A DNA stretch of 38,251 bases. It comes from Gemmatimonadota bacterium (GTDB taxonomy: Bacteria; Gemmatimonadota; Gemmatimonadetes; Gemmatimonadales; GWC2-71-9). The notes under the pieces are model-generated. The model was given only the letters and a program-made list of their open reading frames with translations, was not told where the DNA came from and searched no databases. The stretch covers positions 1 to 38,251 of the forward strand of contig JBDHDN010000003.1 of the NCBI GenBank assembly GCA_039591485.1. Reading direction: 5' to 3'. This document shows positions 1-8,942 of this stretch, piece after piece. Positions within the stretch are counted from its first letter, which is position 1; every line of letters starts with the position of its first letter. Both the position numbers and the translations under genes were made by a program.

Positions 1-477
1 ATCTGCACGTGGGTCCGCCTGCAGGACCGCGTGTCGGGCCGCGTGTTCTCGGTGTACAACGTCCACCTCGATCACGAATCGCAGCCCTCGCGGGAGGAGA
101 GTGCTCGGCACCTCGCCGCCCACCTCACCCAGCGGCCCGAGGGTGAGGCGGTGATCGTGCTCGGGGACTTCAACGCGGGTGAGGACAACCTCGCCCGTCG
201 CCTGCTGGCTACCGACGGGTCGGTGGCCACTGCCGTTACGCCGCCGGGGCATCCAGCCCTCGTCGATACCTACGGCCTCCTCCGGACTTCGACGGGCGCT
301 GAAGGTACGTTCAACGGCTTCGTAGGTGACACGACGGGTGAGCGCATCGACGCGATCCTCGTGTCCGGCGACTGGATGATCCTCGGGGCAGCGATCGACC
401 GCACGCAGCGCGATGGGCGCTATCCATCGGACCACTTCCCCGTCACCGCCGTGCTCGCTATCGCGCCCTCGCGCTAG
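1..477 (+). CDS. Endonuclease/exonuclease/phosphatase (EEP) family protein, 5'-partial
   Basis: Frame open from base 1 (ICTWVRLQDR...). EEP motifs NVHLDH, GDFNA, RIDAI and YPSDHFPV. Confidence 0.9.
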   Translation: MCTWVRLQDRVSGRVFSVYNVHLDHESQPSREESARHLAAHLTQRPEGEAVIVLGDFNAGEDNLARRLLATDGSVATAVTPPGHPALVDTYGLLRTSTGAEGTFNGFVGDTTGERIDAILVSGDWMILGAAIDRTQRDGRYPSDHFPVTAVLAIAPSR

Positions 478-495
478 GAGTGCTAACTTCGCGCC

Positions 496-1143
496 ATGCA
501 GGAGCACCACCTGACGGTCCCCTGCACCGCCCGCTATCTCACGCTCGGCGCGGCCAGTCCGACCACCCGGGAGGTCTGGTTCGTCTGCCACGGGTACGGC
601 CAGCTCGCCTCTCAATTTCTCGCCGACTTCGCGGTCCTCGACGACGGGCTGCGGTACGTCGTCGCACCAGAGGGACTGTCGCGCTACTACACGAACCACG
701 CGCGGCGCGAGGTCGGAGCGAGTTGGATGACCCGACACGACCGGCTGGCAGCGATCGACGATTACGTCCGCTACCTCGACAAGCTGCACGATTACGTGTT
801 CTCGTCGATCCCTCGCGCCGGCACGACGCTTACGGTCCTCGGCTTCTCCCAGGGCGGAGCGACGGCTGCGCGATGGATCAGCCTCGGCAGGGCGGTCGCC
901 GACCGCCTCGTGCTCTGGGGTGAGTTGCTGCCACCCGATCTCGACCTCGAGATGGCGTGGGGCAAGATCGAGGATGCTCGGCTCACGTTCGTCATCGGGA
1001 AGGATGACCGCTACGTCGATCGGGAACGGCTCGTGGCGCTGGAGGAGAAGCTGCTGGACCACGAGATCCCGTACGAGACAGTCGAGTATGGCGGCGGCCA
1101 TTGGATCGACCGGGAGGTGCTGAAGACACTCGCGACCTCGTGA
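496..1143 (+). CDS. Alpha/beta hydrolase, phospholipase/carboxylesterase-like
   Basis: HGYGQ oxyanion motif, GFSQGG nucleophile elbow, GKDD acid and GGH His. Confidence 0.85.
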   Translation: MQEHHLTVPCTARYLTLGAASPTTREVWFVCHGYGQLASQFLADFAVLDDGLRYVVAPEGLSRYYTNHARREVGASWMTRHDRLAAIDDYVRYLDKLHDYVFSSIPRAGTTLTVLGFSQGGATAARWISLGRAVADRLVLWGELLPPDLDLEMAWGKIEDARLTFVIGKDDRYVDRERLVALEEKLLDHEIPYETVEYGGGHWIDREVLKTLATS

Positions 1144-1160
1144 GTCCCGGGGAGAACATC

Positions 1161-1904
1161 ATGTCCATCCGCCTTCGAGCACGTCACCTGTTCCACGCCT
1201 TGCTCGCGTGTACGGTGCAGGCGATCCCGCACTCCGCTGCCTTCGCACAGGACCCCGACGCAACCGACAGACGCTTCCGCGAGGCTCGCGAGCGGATGGT
1301 AGCCCTCATCGAGGCGCGGGATGTGACCGACTCGGCCACCCTGGCAGCAATGCGAGCGGTGCCGCGGCACGAGTTCGTGCCGGCCGATCTGCGCGACCGT
1401 GCGTACGCCGACCATCCGCTGCCGATCGGCCACGGGCAGACGATCTCCCAGCCCTACATCGTCGCCTTCATGACCGAGGTCCTCGGTGTCTACCCCGGCA
1501 TGAAGGTGCTGGAGGTCGGAACCGGCTCCGGATATCAGTCGGCCGTGCTGGCCGAACTCGACGTGAACGTGTTCACGATCGAGATCTTCGAGGCGCTGGC
1601 AACGAGCGCTCGTGCGCGGCTCCGCCGGCTGGCATACGACAACGTCACCGTGCGTCATGGAGACGGCCACCACGGCTGGGAGGAGGAGGCACCGTTCGAT
1701 CGGGTGATCGTCACCGCGGCAGCGGGGTACATCCCTCCCGCACTCACCGAGCAGCTGCGGCCCGGAGGACGCATGGTCATCCCAGTCGGAAGCGTGTACG
1801 GTGTGCAGAATCTGATTCTCGTCTTGAAGGACGAGGAGGGGGCGCTCAGGACCCAGGGGCTGCTGCCGGTCCGGTTCGTGCCGATGCTCGAGGGCCTGCG
1901 CTGA
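1161..1904 (+). CDS. pcm: Protein-L-isoaspartate(D-aspartate) O-methyltransferase with N-terminal extension
   Basis: VPRHEFVP, AYADHPLPIG.GQTISQPYIVA, VLEVGTGSGYQ, APFDRVIVTAA and VRFVPM. GGAGA RBS before ATG 1161. Confidence 0.93.
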   Translation: MSIRLRARHLFHALLACTVQAIPHSAAFAQDPDATDRRFREARERMVALIEARDVTDSATLAAMRAVPRHEFVPADLRDRAYADHPLPIGHGQTISQPYIVAFMTEVLGVYPGMKVLEVGTGSGYQSAVLAELDVNVFTIEIFEALATSARARLRRLAYDNVTVRHGDGHHGWEEEAPFDRVIVTAAAGYIPPALTEQLRPGGRMVIPVGSVYGVQNLILVLKDEEGALRTQGLLPVRFVPMLEGLR

Positions 1905-1909
1905 GCCGC

Positions 1910-4309
1910 GTGCCCCGACGCCCGCATCTCGTTGTCGTCCTGGTCTCGTGCGCGACGGTGGCGTTCGAGATCGTCCTGGTCCGATGGTTCTCCGTCGCCA
2001 CCTTTCACCACTTTGCGTATCTCGCCATCGGTGTGGCGATGCTCGGGGTGGCTGCGGGCGGAACCATCGGCGTCGTGCGCGGGCCGCGCACGGATGCTGC
2101 CGCTGGGGCATGGCTCAACGCATCTGCGCTGGCGACGGGCTTCACTCTGCTCGTCGTGCCGCTGCTCATTCCGCACATTCTCGTCGATCCGGCTCAGCTG
2201 CCGTGGGACCCCGCACAGTGGCTCCGCCTGGCACTCCTCGACGCTCTCTTGGCGCTGCCGTTCACCGCAGGAGCTCTGGCAGTGCTCTCGGGGCTGGAAC
2301 TGGAGCGGGACCGTCCTGGCACGCTCTACGGCGCGAGCTTCCTGGGCTCCGCAACCGGGGCAGTGGCTGCACTCGTGGTGTTGTTCCTCTTCCCTCCTCA
2401 GCGAGCGATCGCAGTGCCCGCGGTTCTGGCAGCAGCTGCCGCCTTGGGCACGCCGGTCGCTCGCCGGGCCTTCCGGCTTGCTGCGGCGCTCCTGGTCACG
2501 GGCGCTATCGCCGTGCAGCCAACGCCCTGGCTCAAGCCGTCCCCCTCACCCTACAAGGCTCTGCCGCAGGTTCAGGCGTTTCCGAACGCCCGCACGGTCG
2601 CCGAGCGGCACGGACCGACAGGAGTGGTGACGGCGGTCGCGGCGCCTGCCTTCCGCTTCGCACCTGGTCTCTCTCTCGGATACGGCGGCCGTGTCCCAGC
2701 GCAGATCGGCCTGTTCGTCGACGGGGAAGTGGCGGGGGCCGTCCCCGAGCCTGGCGATCGGGGGGCAGTGGCCGAGTTGCTCGACTGGTTGCCGAGTGCC
2801 GCGCCATACGTCGTCCGCCGCGGGGCGACCCTCGTCATCGACCCGGGAGGTCGGCTTGAGGTGGACAACGCACTCGCGCACGGTGCCACATCCGTCACCG
2901 TGGTGGAGCCCGTTCGGGACCTCGCGATTCTCGCCGCACGGCCATCACCCGCCGCCGAGGGGGTTCGCTGGGTCACGGCCGAGCCCCGGGTAGTGCTGGC
3001 CGGCTCGCACAGGCAGTTCGACGTGATCGCATTGGGACCCTCGGGCGGGCTGGGCGGCGAGGCCGCGGGCCTGTACGCCCTCGACGCCGACTTCCTACAC
3101 ACCGTCGACGGCTATGTCGCATGCCTCGCGGCGCTGGCGCCTGGAGGCGTGCTCGCTGTCACGCGCTGGTTGTCGGTGCCGGCACGGGGGACCGTTCGCG
3201 CCATTCTCACCGCGGCTGGGGCACTCGAGCGGAGCGGGTGGACCGACACGGACCGTCGGCTTCTCGGCATCCGTAGCTGGGGCACGCTCACCCTGTTGAT
3301 CAAGCCGGACGGATTCGATGACGGTGCGCTCGCCCGGCTCGAGGCGTGGGCGCACTCCCGCCTGTTCGACGTCGAGCACCCGGGCGTGCGTATCGCCCCA
3401 GCCGAGCCGTTCCATCAATCCTCGGACTCCGGCCTGCCGGAGGCGTGGCGTGCCATCGCGGCAGGGACGTCGGCCGTCGAGCGGTTCGCGGCACACTATC
3501 CGTTCGATGTGTCACCGGCGACCGATGCCAGGCCCTACCCGGAGCACTTTCTCTCCACCAGCGCGCTCGCAACGCTGCTGGAGTCCGGGAGCGGCGAATG
3601 GCTCCCGTTCGCCGAATGGGGGTACCTCACCGCACTCGCAACGCTGGTGGTGAGCGCACTCGTCGGGTCGTTGCTGCTGCTCGGACCGGCTACCCTCCCC
3701 CGCCACTTGCGTCGCCGTCCCCCGGCACGCACCGTCGGCTACTTCGCGGCGATCGGCCTCGGTTTCATGCTGGTCGAGATTGCAGGGATCCAGGTCCTCG
3801 GCCTCCTGCTCGGCCACCCGGTATACGCGGTGACGGCCGTACTCGGTGGCCTCCTCATAGGCTCGGGATGCGGCAGCGCGTTCACCGATCGGCTGCGGGA
3901 CGGACGGGCCGCTACCCTGCCGGTACTGGCGGTCGCCGCTCTCGCGGCGCTGCTCGCCGCGGGCCTCCTCCCTGCGACACATGCGCTGCTTCCGGAGGGT
4001 GCCCTACTCAGATGGGCTGTGGCCGTCATGAGCATCATGGGGATCGGCTTCCTGATGGGGCAGCCTTTCCCCGTTGGCCTGATGACGCTTACCCGACGAG
4101 AGCGTGCACGGGTGGCCTGGGCGTGGGCGGCAAACGGGGTTGCCTCGGTCGTCGCGGCCCCACTGGCATCGATCGTGGGGATCGAAGGGGGAACGCAGGT
4201 CCTCTTGGCCGGCGGTGCCGGCTGCTACCTCCTTGCCGGGGTACTCCTGGCAACGCGGCCGGCGGCGGACCGGATGCTCAGTAGCGCAGCAGGCTCGCCC
4301 CCCAGGTGA
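1910..4309 (+). CDS. Multi-TM membrane protein with central spermidine-synthase/SAM-methyltransferase-like domain
   Basis: Real part of ORF 1208..4309 starts near GTG 1910, next to the pcm stop. N- and C-terminal TM bundles (FEIVLVRWFS..HHFAYLAI; YFAAIGLGFMLVEI; WAWAANGVASV) flank a Rossmann-like domain (VTVVEP, FDVIAL, LAPGGVLAV, PATDARPY). Start uncertain. Confidence 0.75.
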   Translation: MPRRPHLVVVLVSCATVAFEIVLVRWFSVATFHHFAYLAIGVAMLGVAAGGTIGVVRGPRTDAAAGAWLNASALATGFTLLVVPLLIPHILVDPAQLPWDPAQWLRLALLDALLALPFTAGALAVLSGLELERDRPGTLYGASFLGSATGAVAALVVLFLFPPQRAIAVPAVLAAAAALGTPVARRAFRLAAALLVTGAIAVQPTPWLKPSPSPYKALPQVQAFPNARTVAERHGPTGVVTAVAAPAFRFAPGLSLGYGGRVPAQIGLFVDGEVAGAVPEPGDRGAVAELLDWLPSAAPYVVRRGATLVIDPGGRLEVDNALAHGATSVTVVEPVRDLAILAARPSPAAEGVRWVTAEPRVVLAGSHRQFDVIALGPSGGLGGEAAGLYALDADFLHTVDGYVACLAALAPGGVLAVTRWLSVPARGTVRAILTAAGALERSGWTDTDRRLLGIRSWGTLTLLIKPDGFDDGALARLEAWAHSRLFDVEHPGVRIAPAEPFHQSSDSGLPEAWRAIAAGTSAVERFAAHYPFDVSPATDARPYPEHFLSTSALATLLESGSGEWLPFAEWGYLTALATLVVSALVGSLLLLGPATLPRHLRRRPPARTVGYFAAIGLGFMLVEIAGIQVLGLLLGHPVYAVTAVLGGLLIGSGCGSAFTDRLRDGRAATLPVLAVAALAALLAAGLLPATHALLPEGALLRWAVAVMSIMGIGFLMGQPFPVGLMTLTRRERARVAWAWAANGVASVVAAPLASIVGIEGGTQVLLAGGAGCYLLAGVLLATRPAADRMLSSAAGSPPR

Positions 4310-5276
4310 ATCCCGACCCGAACGCCGCGAGGCACACCAGGCTGCCGTGCTTCACCAATCCGTCGCGCACCGCCTCGCTGAGCGCGATGGGGATGCTCGC
4401 CGCGGTCGTGTTGCCGTACTTCGCGATGTTGCTGAACACGCGCTCGGGTGGCAACCCGAGGCGCTTGCGCACGGCTTCGGTGATGCGCTCGTTCGCCTGG
4501 TGCGGGATGACGAGGTCGACGTCCGCCGGCGTCAAGCCCTCCGCTTCCAGCACCTCGGCGATCACCTCGGGAAACCGCGTCACCGCGTTCCGGAACACCT
4601 CGCGCCCGTTCATGTGCGGTGCCGTGAGCCCCTCGTCGATCATGCCGCTCGTGAGCCAGGGACTGTTGGTCGCGCCGGGGCACGGGATCGTCAACTCGTT
4701 TGCGAACCGGCCATCGGCGTGCAGGCGGTGCTGCAAGAGCGCGCTCCCGCCGTTCCCGTCGGTCGCTTCGAGGCACACCGCTCCCGCACCGTCTCCGAAC
4801 AGGACGGCGGTGTCGCGGCCCGCGGTATTCATGCGCAACCCCACGGAGTGCACTTCCGCACCGACGAGCAGAACGCGGTCGTGCATACCGGTGCGGATGA
4901 GCGCATCGGCGACGGACAGCCCGTACACGAAGCCCGTACACTGATTGCGCACATCCAATGCCCCGATCGAGTCGATCCCGAGCTGCGCCTGCAAGAGCAC
5001 CCCGTTGCCCGGGAAGTAGAGATCGGGGGACAGGGTGGCGAACACGATGAAGTCGAGGTCCGAGGCCTGCCACCCTGCGTCCGTGAGCGCCGCCCGGGCC
5101 GACTCGACGCCAAGCTGGGCCGACCCGGTACCGGGCTGAACGAACCGGCGTTCCCGAATTCCCGTGCGCTCCTGGATCCACGCATCGGAGGTATCCATGA
5201 GCTGTTCGAGGTCGTGATTCGTGACGACCCGTTCGGGCACGTAGTGCCCGACACCGGCGATCCGTGTGTGACGCAT
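4278..5276 (-). CDS. fabH: 3-oxoacyl-ACP synthase III
   Basis: WIQERTGIRERR, QCTGF (Cys), LFGDGAGA, PHQANERI (His), GNTTAASIP (Asn), FGSGFTWG. Confidence 0.95.
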   Translation of the reverse strand: MRHTRIAGVGHYVPERVVTNHDLEQLMDTSDAWIQERTGIRERRFVQPGTGSAQLGVESARAALTDAGWQASDLDFIVFATLSPDLYFPGNGVLLQAQLGIDSIGALDVRNQCTGFVYGLSVADALIRTGMHDRVLLVGAEVHSVGLRMNTAGRDTAVLFGDGAGAVCLEATDGNGGSALLQHRLHADGRFANELTIPCPGATNSPWLTSGMIDEGLTAPHMNGREVFRNAVTRFPEVIAEVLEAEGLTPADVDLVIPHQANERITEAVRKRLGLPPERVFSNIAKYGNTTAASIPIALSEAVRDGLVKHGSLVCLAAFGSGFTWGASLLRY

Positions 5277-5385
5277 GTCCCCACCCCGACCGAATGGTTG
5301 CCCTGATTCCTACTGCTCCGGTCCGGTTCGGTCAATCACCGGGCCGCTCCGGCAACCGGTGGCCTCCGTTCGAGCCCCGTGCTAG

Positions 5386-6159
5386 CGCATCAACGAGGAT
5401 CAGTTCCTGATAGCGGCACTGCACAAAGTCGTCGAGATTCACAGCACCAGCATACCCGCAGCCTACCAGCACCGGTTCGGCAGCCGGGCGCGAGCCCTTC
5501 TCCTGCTGGTGGCGGACGGCGTCGGTGGCCGTCCGGGCGGAGACGAAGCCAGCTCGCTCACGCTCGACGCGATCGTGAGCTACGTGACCACGTCGATGCG
5601 CTGTTTCTACAAGCTCGATGAGCAGATCCCCTCCGATCTGCTCGCGGAGCTGGCACAGGTCGTCCGCGAGAGCCATGACCGGCTCCGCTCGCACGCGATG
5701 GAGGCACCGGACCGCGAGGGGATGGCGACCACGCTGACGATGGCGCACGTCCTGTGGCCGCGGGTGTACGTCGTGCAGATCGGGGACAGCCGCTGCTATC
5801 ACCTGCGCGACGGGCGGCTGCTGCAGGTCACCAGGGATCAGACGGTGGTGCAGGACCTCGTCGATCAAGGGGCGTTGCAGCCGGACGAGGCCGCCAAGTC
5901 ACCCTTCTCGAGTATGCTGCTGCAGGCCATCGGGGGCGACTCGGACGTCCAGCCCGTCATCTCTCGCGTGGACATGCAGTCGGGCGACACGCTGCTCCTC
6001 TGCACGGACGGGCTCACCAAACACGTGCCCGACGCCGAGCTGGAGCAGGCCCTGCTCGCCGCACCCGGGGCGGAGGATGCATGCCATGCGCTGCGCGACA
6101 CCGCGCTGGAACGCGGTGGCACCGACAACGTGACGGTGATCGTCAGCCGGTTCCGCTAG
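5386..6159 (+). pseudogene. PP2C/PPM-family Ser/Thr phosphatase, apparently 5'-truncated
   Basis: Motifs NEDQF, VADGVGG, GDSRCY, LCTDGL and GGTDNVT. Homology extends upstream of GTG 5509 to R-I-N-E-D (5386), directly preceded by in-frame TAG 5383-5385 with no ATG/GTG/TTG start for motif 1. Confidence 0.65.
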
Positions 6160-8891
6160 CGGTCTCCCCCGCCGGCTTCCCTGAGCTGCCGCAGCAACTC
6201 GCCGACCTGCCGCATCTCGTCCCCGTAGCGCGCCCAGTCCCCCGATCGCTGTGCCTCGATCGCACGCTCGTACGCGCTGCTCGCCCGGTCGATAAGGTCG
6301 CCGACCGAGCCGCCGGCAACGGGCGCGCCTTCGGCCGCCGCTGCCAGCGCTGCCGCCTCACGCTCCGCGGCCGGTCGATCGGTGCCGGTCGCACCGCCGA
6401 ACAACACAGCTAGCGCCTCTTCGAGCGTCTCCTCCATCGCGACCTGGTTCTCGTACGCCACGATCACGCGCTTCAGCTCCGGGATGCGCCCGCCTTCCGC
6501 CCGGAGGTACAAGGCCTGCACGAAGATGAGCGACTCCTCGATCGGAATCACCAGGAGGTTCCCCCTGATGACCTGCGAGCCGCGCTGATCCCACAAGGAG
6601 ATCTGGCGGGAGATCTCGGTGTCCTGGTTGATGCGGTTCACCACCTGCGTGGGACCGAACACCAGCCGCTGCCGTGGGAAACGGTACACGACCAGCTCCC
6701 CGAACCGCTCGCCGTCGTTCCGCGCGATCATCCACGCCGACAGGTTGTCCTTGCCGCGCGGCGTAAAGGGGGTCATCACGATGAACTCCTCGCGGCTCTC
6801 GCCGGGGAGTTTCATGATGATATGTCGCAGGAACGGATCCCGACCGGACTCTCCCCGCGTGACCACCGGGATCTGCCACTCATCCTCCCGGTGATAGAAG
6901 ACCTCGGGCTCGCCCATGTGATACGTCGCGTACAGCATCGTCTGGACGCGGAACAGATCCTCCGGGTACCGCAGGTGGGCGCGCAGGTCCGCGGACAGCT
7001 CGTCCAGCGGCCGGAAGATGCCGGGGAAGATGCTCGCATACGTCTCGATCAGCGGATCGTCCGGGTCCGCGATGTACGCCTCGATGGTCCCGTCGTACGC
7101 GTCGAGCACGACCTTCACGCTGTTCCGCATGTAGTTCATGCCGTTCGACAGCCGGGCGGCGTAGGGATACCGGTCGGTCGCCGTGTAGGCATCCAGGATC
7201 CACACCAGATGTCCGTTTTCACCGATCACCATGTACGGATCGCCGTCCCAGTAGAGGAATGGCAGGGCTTTGCGGACGCGCTCCTGGATCCGCCGGTGAT
7301 ACATAACCCGGGAGTCGCCGGTGATGTCCTCGGACAGCAGGATCTTCATGGAACCGAACCTGGTGGCGTACACGATCCGCCGCAGCAGGGACGAGACAGG
7401 CACACCTCCAGCACCGCTGTACGTGGTGAACACGTTCCCTTCACCGGAGGGATAGTCGAACTCCTCCTGCCGGGTCTTCACGAAGACCCACTCGTTCGAC
7501 AGCTCCCCGTAGTAGATGCCCGGGCGCGAGACTTCGAGGGAGACATCCGACACCGGGGGGAGGTCCCTGATGAGCAGCACCGGCAGACCTTCCTGAGTAA
7601 CCTGATTCACCGGCCCGAGGGTGAGACCCATGCCGTGGGTGAAGGTCAGGTGCTCGTTGATGAACGAGCGGGTCGGCAGGGAGGCGGAGTTCAGCTCCCG
7701 CGGTGACAGGAGCACCTGGCGATACTCGCCGTCGATCCAGTAGCGGTCGTCGTCCACCGAGACGAAGTCGTAGTACGTCCGGATCTCCTGGAGCTGCCCG
7801 AAGGTCTGCAATAGCGGCTCGCGATCCCACAGACGCACGTTGCGGATCGTGGGCGCATTGGCCTGGATGTCCCGGAGCGTGAGGCGGGACTCGCCACTGA
7901 GATCGCGGACCTGCACATCGGCGAGCCCCCATGCCTCGCGCGTCGCGGTGATGTGCCGTTCGAGCTGCGGCCGCTCGCGGTTCAGCTCGTTCGGCACGAC
8001 CGCAAATCGCTGCACGGCCGAGGTAGCCACGGCGCCGAGCAATGCCGCACCGACGTAGAGCACGACGGCGATCACCGTATGCCGGACGAGCCGCCGCTGC
8101 CCCCCTCCCCACAGCACCAGACCCATGCCGACGAGGGCTGCGATCCCAGTCGCGCGCAGAGCGGGCAGCTTGACGGCGAGATCGCTGTAGCTTGCACCGT
8201 CGAAGGGACCCGTCGTCGCGTACATGATGGACGGGACCTCCACGATGAACACCCGTAGCGCGAGCGTAAGCAACAGAAACGCCACCAGCCCGGCGAGGTG
8301 CCATTGCGCGCTCGGCTCGACGGTCACCCGGCGTCGCAGCAGGATCACGTCCCGCCGCAGCAGATACACCGGAACCGTCAGCACCAGCGCCACGATGGCG
8401 AGTGTCGTCAGCAGGCTGATTCCCGTCGCGAACGCGGGAACCGAAAAGACATAGTGGCCGATGTCCCGCCCGAAGACCGGATCCACCGTCCCGAAGGCGG
8501 ACCGCTCGAGGTACCGCAGCACCGTCAGCCACGCGCCGGACGAGGCCGTCCCGATCATCAGCGCGAAGACCAGCGCCACCGGATACGTCAGGAGCCGCAG
8601 CATGCGGTTGATGTTGATGGAGGGCTGCGATCCACGCAGCGGGACGATCAGCGGATCGGGCACGACGCCGCGGAGGGCGATGCGCATGTTCGCGAACAGG
8701 AAGGCGAACGCGAGCACCGTCACGCCTCCGCCGAGCGCCAGCTTCGTGAGCAACTGCTTGACGAAGATCGGCTCGAACTGGAGTGCCTGAAACCAGTACC
8801 AGTCCGCTAGGAAGGCGGTCAGTGCCGGGATCCCGGCAACCAGGAGTAGCAGCGCTACGACTGCCAGGATCAAGAGGATGGTCCGTCGCAT
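6156..8891 (-). CDS. UPF0182 family integral membrane protein
   Basis: DPVFGRDIGHYVF, NVRLWD, DDDRY, HLTFTHG.G, NYMRNSVK.V.DAYDG, HLRYPEDLF, GNLLVIP and PELKRVIV. Confidence 0.93.
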   Translation of the reverse strand: MRRTILLILAVVALLLLVAGIPALTAFLADWYWFQALQFEPIFVKQLLTKLALGGGVTVLAFAFLFANMRIALRGVVPDPLIVPLRGSQPSININRMLRLLTYPVALVFALMIGTASSGAWLTVLRYLERSAFGTVDPVFGRDIGHYVFSVPAFATGISLLTTLAIVALVLTVPVYLLRRDVILLRRRVTVEPSAQWHLAGLVAFLLLTLALRVFIVEVPSIMYATTGPFDGASYSDLAVKLPALRATGIAALVGMGLVLWGGGQRRLVRHTVIAVVLYVGAALLGAVATSAVQRFAVVPNELNRERPQLERHITATREAWGLADVQVRDLSGESRLTLRDIQANAPTIRNVRLWDREPLLQTFGQLQEIRTYYDFVSVDDDRYWIDGEYRQVLLSPRELNSASLPTRSFINEHLTFTHGMGLTLGPVNQVTQEGLPVLLIRDLPPVSDVSLEVSRPGIYYGELSNEWVFVKTRQEEFDYPSGEGNVFTTYSGAGGVPVSSLLRRIVYATRFGSMKILLSEDITGDSRVMYHRRIQERVRKALPFLYWDGDPYMVIGENGHLVWILDAYTATDRYPYAARLSNGMNYMRNSVKVVLDAYDGTIEAYIADPDDPLIETYASIFPGIFRPLDELSADLRAHLRYPEDLFRVQTMLYATYHMGEPEVFYHREDEWQIPVVTRGESGRDPFLRHIIMKLPGESREEFIVMTPFTPRGKDNLSAWMIARNDGERFGELVVYRFPRQRLVFGPTQVVNRINQDTEISRQISLWDQRGSQVIRGNLLVIPIEESLIFVQALYLRAEGGRIPELKRVIVAYENQVAMEETLEEALAVLFGGATGTDRPAAEREAAALAAAAEGAPVAGGSVGDLIDRASSAYERAIEAQRSGDWARYGDEMRQVGELLRQLREAGGGDR

Positions 8892-8942
8892 GATCTCAAC
8901 CTGTCTCCGACCCGCCGCCGTTACGCCGCGCGCCGGCCGTGT

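Noticed and set aside
1208-1909. N-terminal 234 codons of the 1033-aa ORF
   Set aside because: Alternative frame over pcm with low-complexity translation; recognisable membrane protein begins near 1910.
4278-4309. 32-bp convergent overlap between fabH and the membrane protein gene
   Set aside because: Short tail-to-tail overlaps are common in GC-rich genomes and nothing suggests a regulatory role.
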